From contig CAUSEU010000001.1 in assembly GCA_963530755.1 (NCBI GenBank), positions 1 through 61,019 on the forward strand: 61,019 nt of DNA, written 5' to 3'. Source of the DNA: an uncultured Candidatus Saccharibacteria bacterium. Its GTDB lineage: Bacteria; Patescibacteriota; Saccharimonadia; Saccharimonadales; Saccharimonadaceae. Position numbers and translations under genes: made by a program. Below are positions 46,747 through 56,723 of the stretch, piece after piece (positions within the stretch are counted from its first letter, which is position 1; every line of letters begins with the position of its first letter). The notes under the pieces were generated by a model that ran no database searches, was not told the origin of the DNA, and saw only the letters and a program-made list of their open reading frames with translations.

Positions 46747-47964
46747 ATGGATCAACCGGATGTATTAGTAGTGGGAGCCGGTATATTCGGCTTAACGGTA
46801 GCTGAACGGCTGGCTACTCAGCAAGGTAAACGAGTCTTAGTCGTCGATAAGCGTGATCACATCGGTGGTAATGCCTACTCCGAGTTTGATACCGAGACGG
46901 GGATTGAATACCACAAGTATGGGGCACACCTATTTCATACTTCTGATGAAACTGTTTGGCGATATGTTAATCAGTTTACTAAGTTCACCGGCTATGTACA
47001 TCATGTCTACGCTATGCATCAAAGAAAAGGTGCGGAGCGTCCGGAGGTCTTTCCGATGCCGGTTAATTTAGGGACGATCAACCAATTCTTCCGGTCTAAC
47101 TACACACCGGACGAAGCTAGAGAGTTAATAGCTGAACAAGCCAAGAACAATCCGGCGGCTAAAGAGAATCGTCAGCCGGCCAACTTAGCTGAGCAGGGGA
47201 TATCACTGATCGGTGAGCCGCTATTTAATGCTTTTATTAAAAACTATACAGCCAAACAATGGCAGACACCGGCCGAAGAGCTTTCGCCGGAAATCATCAA
47301 ACGTTTACCGGTCCGATACACCTATAATAATCGCTACTTTAAGGACGCTCACGAAGGACTACCACAGGATGGCTATGAAGCTTGGTTTCAGCGAATGGTT
47401 GAGTCCGGCAACAAATCGAGAGGCTCGGTTACTGTCAAGCTAAAGACAGATTATTTTAAGGATGCCAATATTAAACGATTACGAGATGACGGGGTGACGA
47501 CTATTTACACCGGTCCGATTGACCAATTTTATGACTATCAGTTTGGCGAGCTATCGTGGCGAAGTCTGAAACTGGATAAAGAGGTAGTAAATGTTCATGA
47601 TTTCCAGGGTTGCCCGGTCATGAATTATAACGATCTTGTACCAAAGTTCACCAGGATCCACGAATTCAAGCATTTTCATCCCGAACGAGCGGATAACGTA
47701 GCTAAATGGCCCGGTTATGCACCGGATTATAACAAAACAGTGATAGTCCGAGAATACTCCAAAGCCTGGCAACAAGGTGATGAGCCATATTACCCTATTA
47801 ACACCGCTAAAGATAAAGCTAAACTGGCTAAATATCAGGATTTGGCACGAGCCGACCAATCGAAGCAGATTTACTTCGGCGGCCGATTAGGTGAATATGC
47901 TTACTATGATATGGATAAATCTTTTGCCAGTGCACTAAAACTAGTTAATCAGCTGATGGTTTAG
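46747..47964 (+). CDS. glf: UDP-galactopyranose mutase
   Basis: VVGAGIFG, DKRDHIGGN, HKYGAHLFHT, YTAKQW, RLPVR, TRIHEFKHF, EPYYPIN, GRLGEYAYYDMD. Confidence 0.96.
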   Translation: MDQPDVLVVGAGIFGLTVAERLATQQGKRVLVVDKRDHIGGNAYSEFDTETGIEYHKYGAHLFHTSDETVWRYVNQFTKFTGYVHHVYAMHQRKGAERPEVFPMPVNLGTINQFFRSNYTPDEARELIAEQAKNNPAAKENRQPANLAEQGISLIGEPLFNAFIKNYTAKQWQTPAEELSPEIIKRLPVRYTYNNRYFKDAHEGLPQDGYEAWFQRMVESGNKSRGSVTVKLKTDYFKDANIKRLRDDGVTTIYTGPIDQFYDYQFGELSWRSLKLDKEVVNVHDFQGCPVMNYNDLVPKFTRIHEFKHFHPERADNVAKWPGYAPDYNKTVIVREYSKAWQQGDEPYYPINTAKDKAKLAKYQDLARADQSKQIYFGGRLGEYAYYDMDKSFASALKLVNQLMV

Positions 47965-48024
47965 TTAGCTTACGCTAAAACCATAAACGTGCTAATATAA
48001 ACATAAGTAAAAAGAGGAATAATT

Positions 48025-48615
48025 ATGAAGATACGTAAACACTCCAACAAAAAAATAATCATCATTACATTAGTAGTGCTGGCACTTATAGCGGGTGGTA
48101 TCACCTATGCGGCAGTCACCCACAATCGAACAGCTAAAAGAGACCAAGCCAAAGAAGTTAAACAGGATAGTCACAAGAAGACTGTTAAAACGAGCGATAA
48201 TCATACTAATAAGACCGTAACTACCGAGAACGGCAAGACTAATCAGCCGCCTTCGGCTAATCAAGGCACGGGGAAAGCACCGGCTCGTTATGAAGGTGGT
48301 AGTACTCAGAGTCAACCCTCTTTGACCGGTTCAGTCAGTATCGCTACGCCGGTGAACGAGACGATGAGAGTGCGGGTTACCATTAACCAGTGGATTGATG
48401 ATCCTAATGGAAAATGTGAGCTAACTCTAGCTCGCTCTAATGGGCAGACTTACACTGACCAAGCCAAGCTAATTGCCAATCCGCAGACCTCCAGTTGTTA
48501 TGGTTGGGATATTCCGGTTAGCAAGCTGGGGCAGGTTAAGGGTCATTGGGTTGTCAAAGTGGTGGCTAGCGGTGGTGGTAAGACCGGCACTATTACTGAC
48601 GAGGTAGATCTATGA
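48025..48615 (+). CDS. Hypothetical membrane-anchored protein (paralog of 39442..40041)
   Basis: N-terminal TM, linker, RVTIN...CEL.L...IAN..TS.C.G.D domain. Confidence 0.75.
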   Translation: MKIRKHSNKKIIIITLVVLALIAGGITYAAVTHNRTAKRDQAKEVKQDSHKKTVKTSDNHTNKTVTTENGKTNQPPSANQGTGKAPARYEGGSTQSQPSLTGSVSIATPVNETMRVRVTINQWIDDPNGKCELTLARSNGQTYTDQAKLIANPQTSSCYGWDIPVSKLGQVKGHWVVKVVASGGGKTGTITDEVDL

Positions 48616-50414
48616 AAAATGATGGACTAAAGATAATCGCCCACAAGTCACGACTGGCGATAGCTATGGTACTACTGGTGAGCTTACTTTGCTGTAGTCT
48701 GATGGTATATACGCTATTTCATCCCGGTAAACAGGCTAAAGCTTACCTAGCCGGTTATGACGATAGTAATATCATGACCGACTTCGTCATGAGTAATACT
48801 ACTACCATGAGTGAACGGAATATCTGGGACTTCCTTCATAGTAAGAATCCATGTAATGATCGTAACTTGGCTAAGGCGGTCAAGGGATATCACTACAATA
48901 TTAGGGACGGTCACTTCGTCTGTATGGCAGATGAAATGTTTAGCGGTCAGACGACTTCGCATATTATCTGGCAAGCGGCTCAAGATTATCACATCAATCC
49001 TCAAGTTCTGCTGGTTGTACTGGAGAAAGAGCAGCGGCTGATCAGCGATACTTTCCCCAGCAATCTTGAATACAACCACGCCACAGGCTTTAATTGTCCG
49101 GACGACGGTAAGGGTTGTCGACCGGAACACGCCGGCTTCATTAATCAAGTTCGCTCAGCGGCAGCTTTCTTCCGTGAGGTACTTAATGGTGGTTGGAGTA
49201 ACTATCCGGCCTATGAGACGAGTAATATCCTATATCATCCGAATCGTAGTTGCGGTTCGAAGCGAGTTTACGTAGCGAACCGGGCTACTTCCGCTCTTTA
49301 TCGCTATACTCCCTATGTACCCAACCAGGCAGCACTCCGAGCTAACTGGGGCTACGGTGATGCTTGTAGTGCCTATGGTAACCGCAATTTCTATAACATG
49401 TTTACTAATTGGTTCGGCAGTACTAAGGGATATGAAGTCTATGGTGGTATCCTTGATGGCTATAACTCAGCCGGTGGAGCGAGAGTGCTTGGTAATCCGA
49501 CGATGAATGAGTCATGTGGGCTGAAAAATCAGGGTTGCTATCAGGTATTTGATAGAGGAGTCGTCTACTGGACTAAAGCTTTAGGTGGTCACGCTGTCAG
49601 AAAAGGCAAGATTCACCAACGTTGGCTTGAGCTGGGGCTGGAGTATAGCGTACTCGGCTACCCTGTAGGGAATCAAGTTGACGGAATCAAGGGCGGCGGT
49701 AGCTATCAGAACTTTGAGGGTGGGGCTATCCTCTATCATCCACAGACCGGTGCTCATGAGAACTATGGTGGTATCAGAGAAACATATAGGCAGATGAAGT
49801 TTGAGAATGGCATGCTTGGCTACCCGGTTTCTAAGGAGGGTTGTGGCTTAGTCGAGCAGGGTTGCTATCAGCATTATCAAGGAGGGTCAATCTACTGGAC
49901 ACCAAAGTACAATGGTATGGTAATCTATGGAGCGATTAGGGATAAGTGGTTCCGGCTAGGCTTCGAGAATAGTCCGCTAGGCTATCCGACTAGCGGGGAG
50001 CGCTGCTATGATGGACTCAACTGCTATCGTGACTTTGAGCGAGGGTCAATCTACTGGTATAACGGATATTTTACTTATGCCAACTACGGTCAAATTGCTC
50101 AGAAGTATCGGGAGATTGGTCGCAGTAAGACTATTCTGGGCTATCCGATAATGGATCAGGTGTGTGGTTTAGTTAGGGGTGGTTGCTACCAGGCGATGCA
50201 GGGTGCTAACGGCTCAATCTACTACAGTCCCAAGGCCGGAGTACATATATTATTCGGTGGCATCAAAGCGAAGTGGATGCAGCTTGGCTATGAGTGGGGA
50301 AGACTAGGTTATCCGACTAGTGATGAATATATGGTCAGCGGTGGTGTCAGGCAAGACTTTGAGGGCGGCTCTATCACCTGGAAGCATGGTCAAGCGTACG
50401 AGTCTTATCGCTAG
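48612..50414 (+). CDS. Secreted protein: lysozyme-like N-terminal domain + LGFP repeats
   Basis: Signal peptide; AAQDYHINPQVLLVVLEKEQ; six ~54-aa repeats with LG(N/Y)P...Q.F..G.IYW. Confidence 0.8.
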   Translation: MKNDGLKIIAHKSRLAIAMVLLVSLLCCSLMVYTLFHPGKQAKAYLAGYDDSNIMTDFVMSNTTTMSERNIWDFLHSKNPCNDRNLAKAVKGYHYNIRDGHFVCMADEMFSGQTTSHIIWQAAQDYHINPQVLLVVLEKEQRLISDTFPSNLEYNHATGFNCPDDGKGCRPEHAGFINQVRSAAAFFREVLNGGWSNYPAYETSNILYHPNRSCGSKRVYVANRATSALYRYTPYVPNQAALRANWGYGDACSAYGNRNFYNMFTNWFGSTKGYEVYGGILDGYNSAGGARVLGNPTMNESCGLKNQGCYQVFDRGVVYWTKALGGHAVRKGKIHQRWLELGLEYSVLGYPVGNQVDGIKGGGSYQNFEGGAILYHPQTGAHENYGGIRETYRQMKFENGMLGYPVSKEGCGLVEQGCYQHYQGGSIYWTPKYNGMVIYGAIRDKWFRLGFENSPLGYPTSGERCYDGLNCYRDFERGSIYWYNGYFTYANYGQIAQKYREIGRSKTILGYPIMDQVCGLVRGGCYQAMQGANGSIYYSPKAGVHILFGGIKAKWMQLGYEWGRLGYPTSDEYMVSGGVRQDFEGGSITWKHGQAYESYR

Positions 50415-50431
50415 ATGCTATAATAGACTCT

Positions 50432-52699
50432 ATGAAGAAGAAGCCGTTACGTGATGGTGGGCAGCCGTTAGTGTCGGTTTTAATACCGATATACAACGTA
50501 GAGAAGTACTTAGACCAGTGTCTAGCCAGTCTGGCAGCTCAGACTATTGAAGATGCCGAGTTTATCTGCATCAATGACGGATCGACTGATGGTTGTTTAG
50601 CGATCATTCAGTCGTACATGAAGCGAGATAAGAGGTTTAAGCTACTGGATAAGGCTAACTCCGGTTACGGCGACAGTATGAACCAAGGACTACAGAAAGC
50701 CAAGGGTAAGTACATCGGGATTGTCGAGTCGGACGACTGGGCGGAACCAACTATGTTTGCCGAGCTCACTAAATTGGCTGAGGATAATCAGGCACAGGCG
50801 GTGAAAAGCGACTTCTATTTCTACGTTAGTCGCAGTGGCGGCAGTAATACCAAATGTAATCTGATGGATCCTGGCGAGATCGGTACGATAGTCATACCTC
50901 GTCAGACGCCTCATATTTTTAACTATATGGCGTCAATCTGGTCTGGTTTATACCTGAGACAATTTCTGGTAGACAACAAGATTGACTTCTTGCCTACGCC
51001 GGGGGCATCTTATCAGGACACCGGATTTAATTTTAAAGTCTGGGCAATGGCTGATCGGGCTATCTATACCACCAAGGCTTACTTACACTATCGGATCGAT
51101 AACGAGACTTCATCGGTTAAAAGTCGGGCTAAAGTTTTCTGCGTCTGTGACGAGTTTGACAGTATCAAACAATACCTGATTGAGCATGATCGGATTGATC
51201 AGCTGAAGTCAGTTTATACTTGGCGCAAGTATGACATCTACCATTGGAATCAAAGTAGATTGGATGGTCAGAATCTACGAGATTTTACCGAGCGGATGGC
51301 GGAAGAATTCAGGCAGGATCAGTCGGAGGGCTATTTCGATCTAGCTGATTTTGATGATCAACACAGAGAAGACTTAAAGAGGATCATGAAATCACCTAGT
51401 CAATATTTACGACGTCGGGTGATCCGTCAAGCCATTGGCAAGAGCTGTCGTCGGATAGGTCGAGCGTTGTCGCATCTAAGTAGGTCATATATTAAACGAC
51501 AAGAAGTTATCTATAAGCTGACCGGCTCAATTAAGCTTAACGATGACAGTATTAGTCATTATCAAGGGGAAATGGTTGATCAGCCAACGAAATACGCTGA
51601 GCTGTCTGTAGCCAGTCAGCCTTTTATCTCCGTCATCATCCCTGTCTACAATGCCGAGCAATATCTGACGGAAACTATCGATAGCTTAATCAATCAGACT
51701 CTGGCGAATATCGAGGTAATTTGCATTGATGATGGCTCAACCGACGGATCGCTGGCATTGTTAAAGAAATATGCTAAGCGGGATAAGCGTATCAAAGTTT
51801 ATCATCAGAAAAATGCCGGGGTAGCGACAGCTCGTAATGAAGGGCTGCGACGGGCTAGTGGCAAGTATATTATGTGGTGTGATAGTGATGATACCTATAC
51901 TCCCAATATGTGTCTCAAGATGTTTAATATCATGGAGCGGCGTCGGGTTGACCTGGCTATCTGTAGTCAAAATGTCATATTAAATCAGCTGGAGCGTAAG
52001 CTGAGGCGTGACACTAAGTCTTATCTGGAGCAGAAATACAATGATTCTCAGCTCATCAATTGGCAGCTAATCGTTAATACGGATGATTCGCTGTGGAATA
52101 AGATTTTTCGTAAAGATATCATTGACCGTTATGACATCAAGTTCCCCGATGGTTTACTCTTTGAGGATGCTTACTTTTGTAACTGTTATATGTTGAGGTG
52201 CCAAACCATCTTCTTTTGCAAAGATAAGCTATATAATTACATTCGTCGTCCCAGTAGTATCATGTCGACATCGTTTCGCAAGCATAAGTCAAGTGCGGAT
52301 TATCTCAAGATTACTGAGTCGATATTTCGCTACCTCAAGGAACAGGACATGTATAGTCAGTATGCTGATTTCTTCTGGCTCCGCCTGATCCAGGACTATA
52401 GCTATGCTCACGACAACCAGACTCGTAAAGGTAAACTAGAGACTCAGTTGTCAGTACGAGAGTTTATCGACCAAAATTATGACGACTTTCAACAGGCTGA
52501 CCCGGGGATTCAGCGAGCTGTTTGGCGGACGCTCAAGATCTTGCCAATACTGAAACTGAAAGAGCAAACTAAGAATCTATTAAAGCGGGTTTGGTTCAAG
52601 CTGAGTAAACGATATCGTCAGCATATAGATATGCTGAGCCTGAGCAATCAGGTAGCCGGTCAAGCTGATTACTTAGAGTACTTAACTAAAAACAGGTAA
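50432..52699 (+). CDS. Tandem two-domain GT2 glycosyltransferase
   Basis: Two copies of VSV.IP.YN.E.YL...CI.DGSTD...(E/D)SDD. Confidence 0.9.
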   Translation: MKKKPLRDGGQPLVSVLIPIYNVEKYLDQCLASLAAQTIEDAEFICINDGSTDGCLAIIQSYMKRDKRFKLLDKANSGYGDSMNQGLQKAKGKYIGIVESDDWAEPTMFAELTKLAEDNQAQAVKSDFYFYVSRSGGSNTKCNLMDPGEIGTIVIPRQTPHIFNYMASIWSGLYLRQFLVDNKIDFLPTPGASYQDTGFNFKVWAMADRAIYTTKAYLHYRIDNETSSVKSRAKVFCVCDEFDSIKQYLIEHDRIDQLKSVYTWRKYDIYHWNQSRLDGQNLRDFTERMAEEFRQDQSEGYFDLADFDDQHREDLKRIMKSPSQYLRRRVIRQAIGKSCRRIGRALSHLSRSYIKRQEVIYKLTGSIKLNDDSISHYQGEMVDQPTKYAELSVASQPFISVIIPVYNAEQYLTETIDSLINQTLANIEVICIDDGSTDGSLALLKKYAKRDKRIKVYHQKNAGVATARNEGLRRASGKYIMWCDSDDTYTPNMCLKMFNIMERRRVDLAICSQNVILNQLERKLRRDTKSYLEQKYNDSQLINWQLIVNTDDSLWNKIFRKDIIDRYDIKFPDGLLFEDAYFCNCYMLRCQTIFFCKDKLYNYIRRPSSIMSTSFRKHKSSADYLKITESIFRYLKEQDMYSQYADFFWLRLIQDYSYAHDNQTRKGKLETQLSVREFIDQNYDDFQQADPGIQRAVWRTLKILPILKLKEQTKNLLKRVWFKLSKRYRQHIDMLSLSNQVAGQADYLEYLTKNR

Positions 52700-53859
52700 T
52701 GTCTAGTGAGGCAGATAGTAATCCCCGCATAGCTCTGGTCTGTGATTGGTTGACGGAGATTGGTGGGGCGGAACAAGTACTCTTAGAGCTAACTAAGATT
52801 TTTCCCGAAGCACCGATCTATACTTCACAATATCGTCCTCGTTCAGCTACCAAGTTTCAAGGCAAACGAGTGATTACGGGCTGGTTAAATATTCTGCCCA
52901 GGGCTTTACGTAAGTTCATCGCTCCTTTGCGGGCGCACTACTTTAATCACTTGTGCCTGACCGATTATGATATCGTTATCTCGGTTTGCAACGCTGAATG
53001 TAAAGGTATCAAAGTGGCGAGCGGTACTCGTCATATTGCCTATTTGCAGGGTCCACCTACCCAGTATTACTGGGGTATGTATGATCAATATATCGCTAAC
53101 CCCGGCTTCGGTAAGCTTAATTGGCTAGCTCGTTTCGGGCTAAGGGTGCTGGTCAAGCCGATGCGTCGCTCGGACTGGCGAGCGGCTCAGCGCCCTGATG
53201 TTTTGCTGGCTAATTCACACTACGTAGCGGATGAGATCAAGCGTTACTATGGTAGATCCAGTCAAGTGTTGTTTCCTCTAGCCCAAGTAGATCAGATCAA
53301 GCTGGCTAGTCAGCAGGTAAAAGCGAAGGATATCCGTCAGATCCGCCAAGAGCTATTTAGAGGGGGAGACTTTTATGTCGTAGCCGGTCGGCAGGTGAAC
53401 TGGAAGAGATTCGACTTAGCTATTCGGGCTTGTCTGGAAACCGGAGAGAACTTGCTGGTGATCGGTAGCGGACCGGAACACAATTCACTGGTGAAACTGG
53501 TAGGGGATAGCTCACAGATCAAGTTCTTACCTAAATATGACGGGGTAGGAGAGATAGTTAAATATTATCGGTCAGCTAAAGGGCTAATTTTCCCCAGCCT
53601 GGAGCCTTTCGGCATCGTACCGGTCGAGGCATTAGCGAGCGGGTTACCGGTACTGGCATTCCGGCTTGGCGGGTCGGCTGATATCATTAGAGACGGAGTA
53701 AATGGGCTATTTTTCCCGGAACAAACGGTCGATAGCTTGGCGGAGGGAATAAAAAGATTTAACGTCGCACAATTTAAACATGACCAAGTAGTTAAATCAG
53801 CCGAACGTTTCTCTGCGGAGCACTTTCGGAAGAATATTAAGCAGATAATAGAGCAGTGA
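52699..53859 (+). CDS. GT4 glycosyltransferase (WbaZ-like)
   Basis: ALVCDWLTEIGGAEQV, ANS, GR...KRFDL, EPFGIVPVEALASG.PV. Confidence 0.9.
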   Translation: MSSEADSNPRIALVCDWLTEIGGAEQVLLELTKIFPEAPIYTSQYRPRSATKFQGKRVITGWLNILPRALRKFIAPLRAHYFNHLCLTDYDIVISVCNAECKGIKVASGTRHIAYLQGPPTQYYWGMYDQYIANPGFGKLNWLARFGLRVLVKPMRRSDWRAAQRPDVLLANSHYVADEIKRYYGRSSQVLFPLAQVDQIKLASQQVKAKDIRQIRQELFRGGDFYVVAGRQVNWKRFDLAIRACLETGENLLVIGSGPEHNSLVKLVGDSSQIKFLPKYDGVGEIVKYYRSAKGLIFPSLEPFGIVPVEALASGLPVLAFRLGGSADIIRDGVNGLFFPEQTVDSLAEGIKRFNVAQFKHDQVVKSAERFSAEHFRKNIKQIIEQ

Positions 53860-55286
53860 CCGGTAAATTAAAGCTAATCCTAACTGAACTAAAGGCGTTC
53901 CGGCGGCTGTCGCTGCTGGAACGGCTTTGGCTCATGGCGCCAATTATGATCTGGTTTTCTTATTTACCGCGAATCAGTTTGGCGGAAGACGGCACGATGA
54001 ATTACGAGCTGTCGCTGACGCTGATCTATGTTGTGATATTAGCAATTGTCGGGTTACCGAGGGTTTGGCACCACCGGTCGGAACTAAGGCAATCAAGGCC
54101 GATCTGGCTGGCTAGTGCCTTCGTCGGCTGGTCCGGTTTATGTGTAATCTGGTCAGATAATCACACTAGAGGTCTACTGACTTTTGCTGTGTATGTCGTG
54201 TTGTATTTGGTCTTCTTAGTGTTAGTGGCTGAGCGTCGTCTGCTGCGCCAGCTATTACCAAAGCTAGTAAAAGTAGCTATCTGGGCGACGATTTCGGCTT
54301 GTCTCTTGGCGATTGCCCAGATGGTCTTAGGGACATTTGTCATCACTAATCGCCATAGCCTCGGGTTGTGTGCCGGCTGTGTGGCGGGACAGTTTGGCTT
54401 CATCCGGCCAAACCTCCTGGCGATCGAGCCGCAGTTCTTGGGTAGCTTGCTGTTGGCGCCACTTCTTTATATCACTTATCTAACCTTACGGGGGAAGCAT
54501 GACTATGCTAAGCAGTCATTACTATTGGTGCTGATGCTAACTACTCTATGGTTAACGCTATCCCGAGGAGCAATCTATGCTTATCTGGCTAGCCTGGTAG
54601 TGATGATTTTACTGGTCAGAAAGTGGCGTCGTATGCTGGCGGTAGTAGGGTTGGTCGCCTTATCTCTAGTGGTCTGTCTGATCTGCCAAGGTGCTCTAGC
54701 CAGCGCTAATCCACGGATCGACAGTAGCTTTACTCAGGCAGTATCGACCAGTCTGAATCATCTGTCAATGGGAATCATCCGGCTTCCCTATCAGCGGAAA
54801 TCGCCGACTTCCCTGCCGTCGATTCCTCGAGAGCACGATAAACAGCCGGCTTATCATGGCTACGTTGCTGAGTCGACTAACGTGCGACTAGGTCTGACGA
54901 AGACTGCTCTGGCTGCTTGGCGGTCTAACCGGTTCAGTCAGCAACTCTTTGGCACCGGACTGGGCTCAGCCGGGATAGTCTTAGCTCGACAGACGGGAAG
55001 TCAGTACCAAAAGGAGATAGTCCAAAATGAGTTTATCGAAGTCTTGTTGGAGCGGGGACTGGTCGGTCTAGCTCTACTAGGCGGGCTGGTAGTGTTATAT
55101 GGGAGATTATGCTTTCATAGGCGAGATCATTTAGCACTAGCTATCTTGGTTGCCTACCTGGCGCAGTGGTGCTTCTTTAGCGGGTTACCTAATGCCCTGC
55201 ATATCTATCTAGTGCTGGCGCTGCTAAGTGCTAAGCTGCTAGACGGCACCTCGGCTGGTAAAGACTTGCCGGACGGTCTTAAATAA
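53856..55286 (+). CDS. O-antigen ligase/polymerase (Wzy_C/WaaL-like) family protein
   Basis: RPN...EPQFLG, LTLSRGA, FGTGLGS, QNEFIEVLLERGLVGL; multiple TMs. Confidence 0.8.
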   Translation: MTGKLKLILTELKAFRRLSLLERLWLMAPIMIWFSYLPRISLAEDGTMNYELSLTLIYVVILAIVGLPRVWHHRSELRQSRPIWLASAFVGWSGLCVIWSDNHTRGLLTFAVYVVLYLVFLVLVAERRLLRQLLPKLVKVAIWATISACLLAIAQMVLGTFVITNRHSLGLCAGCVAGQFGFIRPNLLAIEPQFLGSLLLAPLLYITYLTLRGKHDYAKQSLLLVLMLTTLWLTLSRGAIYAYLASLVVMILLVRKWRRMLAVVGLVALSLVVCLICQGALASANPRIDSSFTQAVSTSLNHLSMGIIRLPYQRKSPTSLPSIPREHDKQPAYHGYVAESTNVRLGLTKTALAAWRSNRFSQQLFGTGLGSAGIVLARQTGSQYQKEIVQNEFIEVLLERGLVGLALLGGLVVLYGRLCFHRRDHLALAILVAYLAQWCFFSGLPNALHIYLVLALLSAKLLDGTSAGKDLPDGLK

Positions 55287-56654
55287 GATCTGAATATCCA
55301 ACCCGAAGCTCCAATTCTGTACGTAATAAATATCCAGCTTCCGTCGTTGCTCCCAAGGTAAATCTCGTCGACCGGATATCTGAGCTAATCCGGTGATGCC
55401 GGACTTTACATTGAGGATCTTGTGCTTCTGCTCGTATCTGTTTAGCTCCTGAGGGATCAAGGCTCGGGGCCCAACCAGTGATATATCACCCTTCAGCACA
55501 TTGAAGAGCTGAGGTAATTCGTCTAGAGAAAAACGACGTAGATAGCGACCGATCGGGGTAACTCTGGGGTCGTCATCAAGGAAGTCGCCATTAGCCCGAT
55601 ATTTATTGATTAGCTCGGGCTTCCCCATTCGCTTGAAGGCCTGCTCGGGAGTGGTGCCGTCATACTTGGCATACTGAGTCCGGAACTTATAGAGAGTGAA
55701 AAGCTGGTCGCCTCTAGTTAACCTCACCTGATGAAAGATGGCGCTAACCTTGTGGTCGGTTAGCTTTTCGGCGATGAAGACCAAGAGGAAAACCGGCGAC
55801 AAGATGATGATGGCGAAGAAGCTGGCGACGATATCAAATAGTCGCTTGATGATACGTCCCCAACCGATCAGACGAGTAGGCTCGACGATCATGACCGGGA
55901 TATCACCCATGAACAACTCAGTCTCCAGGTGGTCTGACAAGTCGTTGACATCACTGGGGACAAACATAAAGTCGATGTAGTGTTTCTGAGCAAAAGCCAG
56001 AATCTTGCTGTCTACTTTAGGTTTCTCGGTGGTAGTGACCTGGATGATGATATTAGGCAGGAAGTTGGCTACCGCCTCGTCGAAAGTCTTGTAATTAGTC
56101 CACTTTAATCGTCCATCACCGACTACGCCTTGCAGGTGATAGCTGCTACCCGGTCGCTTAATATCTCTTACCAGTAATTTAGCTGTTTCATTGTCACCAA
56201 CGATTAAGACATTAGGTAGCCCAATGTTGCTGCGGTTGCGTAGATAGCGTCCCAAGTAGAGTAATCCCCGCACCAGCCCTAAGAGGACGATGGATATCAC
56301 TAGGCCGTAGAGGGGGACTTTCTTAGCCGGGAAAACATGCTCAGCGTAAAAATAGTCGATGAAGACCATGAAGATCATAGCTAGGAATGCCCCCAGCAGT
56401 AGGCGTCCAACGGTTGAGCTGGCGGTGCGACGTTGGCTGGTCTGATAGAGACCGATCACACTGAAAATAATGATGATAAAGGGAACCAATAAAAGGAGAG
56501 ATTGGAGATAAGTGCTAGCAGGAATGGAGTTGTGAATGGGTGTACCACTGATCTTAACTCGGAGGATAAAAGCGATACTATAGGCACTGACTACAGCTAG
56601 GGCATCGCCGATCATAAGTAAGATAGTAAAGACAAATGACGATCTGCCTCTCAT
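55239..56654 (-). CDS. Priming polyprenyl-phosphate hexose-1-P transferase (WcaJ/WbaP-like)
   Basis: KRLFDI, YKFRT, DDPRVTPIGRYLRRFSLDELPQLFNVLKGDISLVGPR, GITGLAQISGR, DIYYVQNWS. Confidence 0.93.
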   Translation of the reverse strand: MRGRSSFVFTILLMIGDALAVVSAYSIAFILRVKISGTPIHNSIPASTYLQSLLLLVPFIIIIFSVIGLYQTSQRRTASSTVGRLLLGAFLAMIFMVFIDYFYAEHVFPAKKVPLYGLVISIVLLGLVRGLLYLGRYLRNRSNIGLPNVLIVGDNETAKLLVRDIKRPGSSYHLQGVVGDGRLKWTNYKTFDEAVANFLPNIIIQVTTTEKPKVDSKILAFAQKHYIDFMFVPSDVNDLSDHLETELFMGDIPVMIVEPTRLIGWGRIIKRLFDIVASFFAIIILSPVFLLVFIAEKLTDHKVSAIFHQVRLTRGDQLFTLYKFRTQYAKYDGTTPEQAFKRMGKPELINKYRANGDFLDDDPRVTPIGRYLRRFSLDELPQLFNVLKGDISLVGPRALIPQELNRYEQKHKILNVKSGITGLAQISGRRDLPWEQRRKLDIYYVQNWSFGLDIQILFKTVRQVFTSRGAV

Positions 56655-56723
56655 ACCTATATATCTTACCACATATAGCGTTGCACTGGTGGTGACTAGT
56701 TTGCTAAAATGCTAGAGTTAAGT

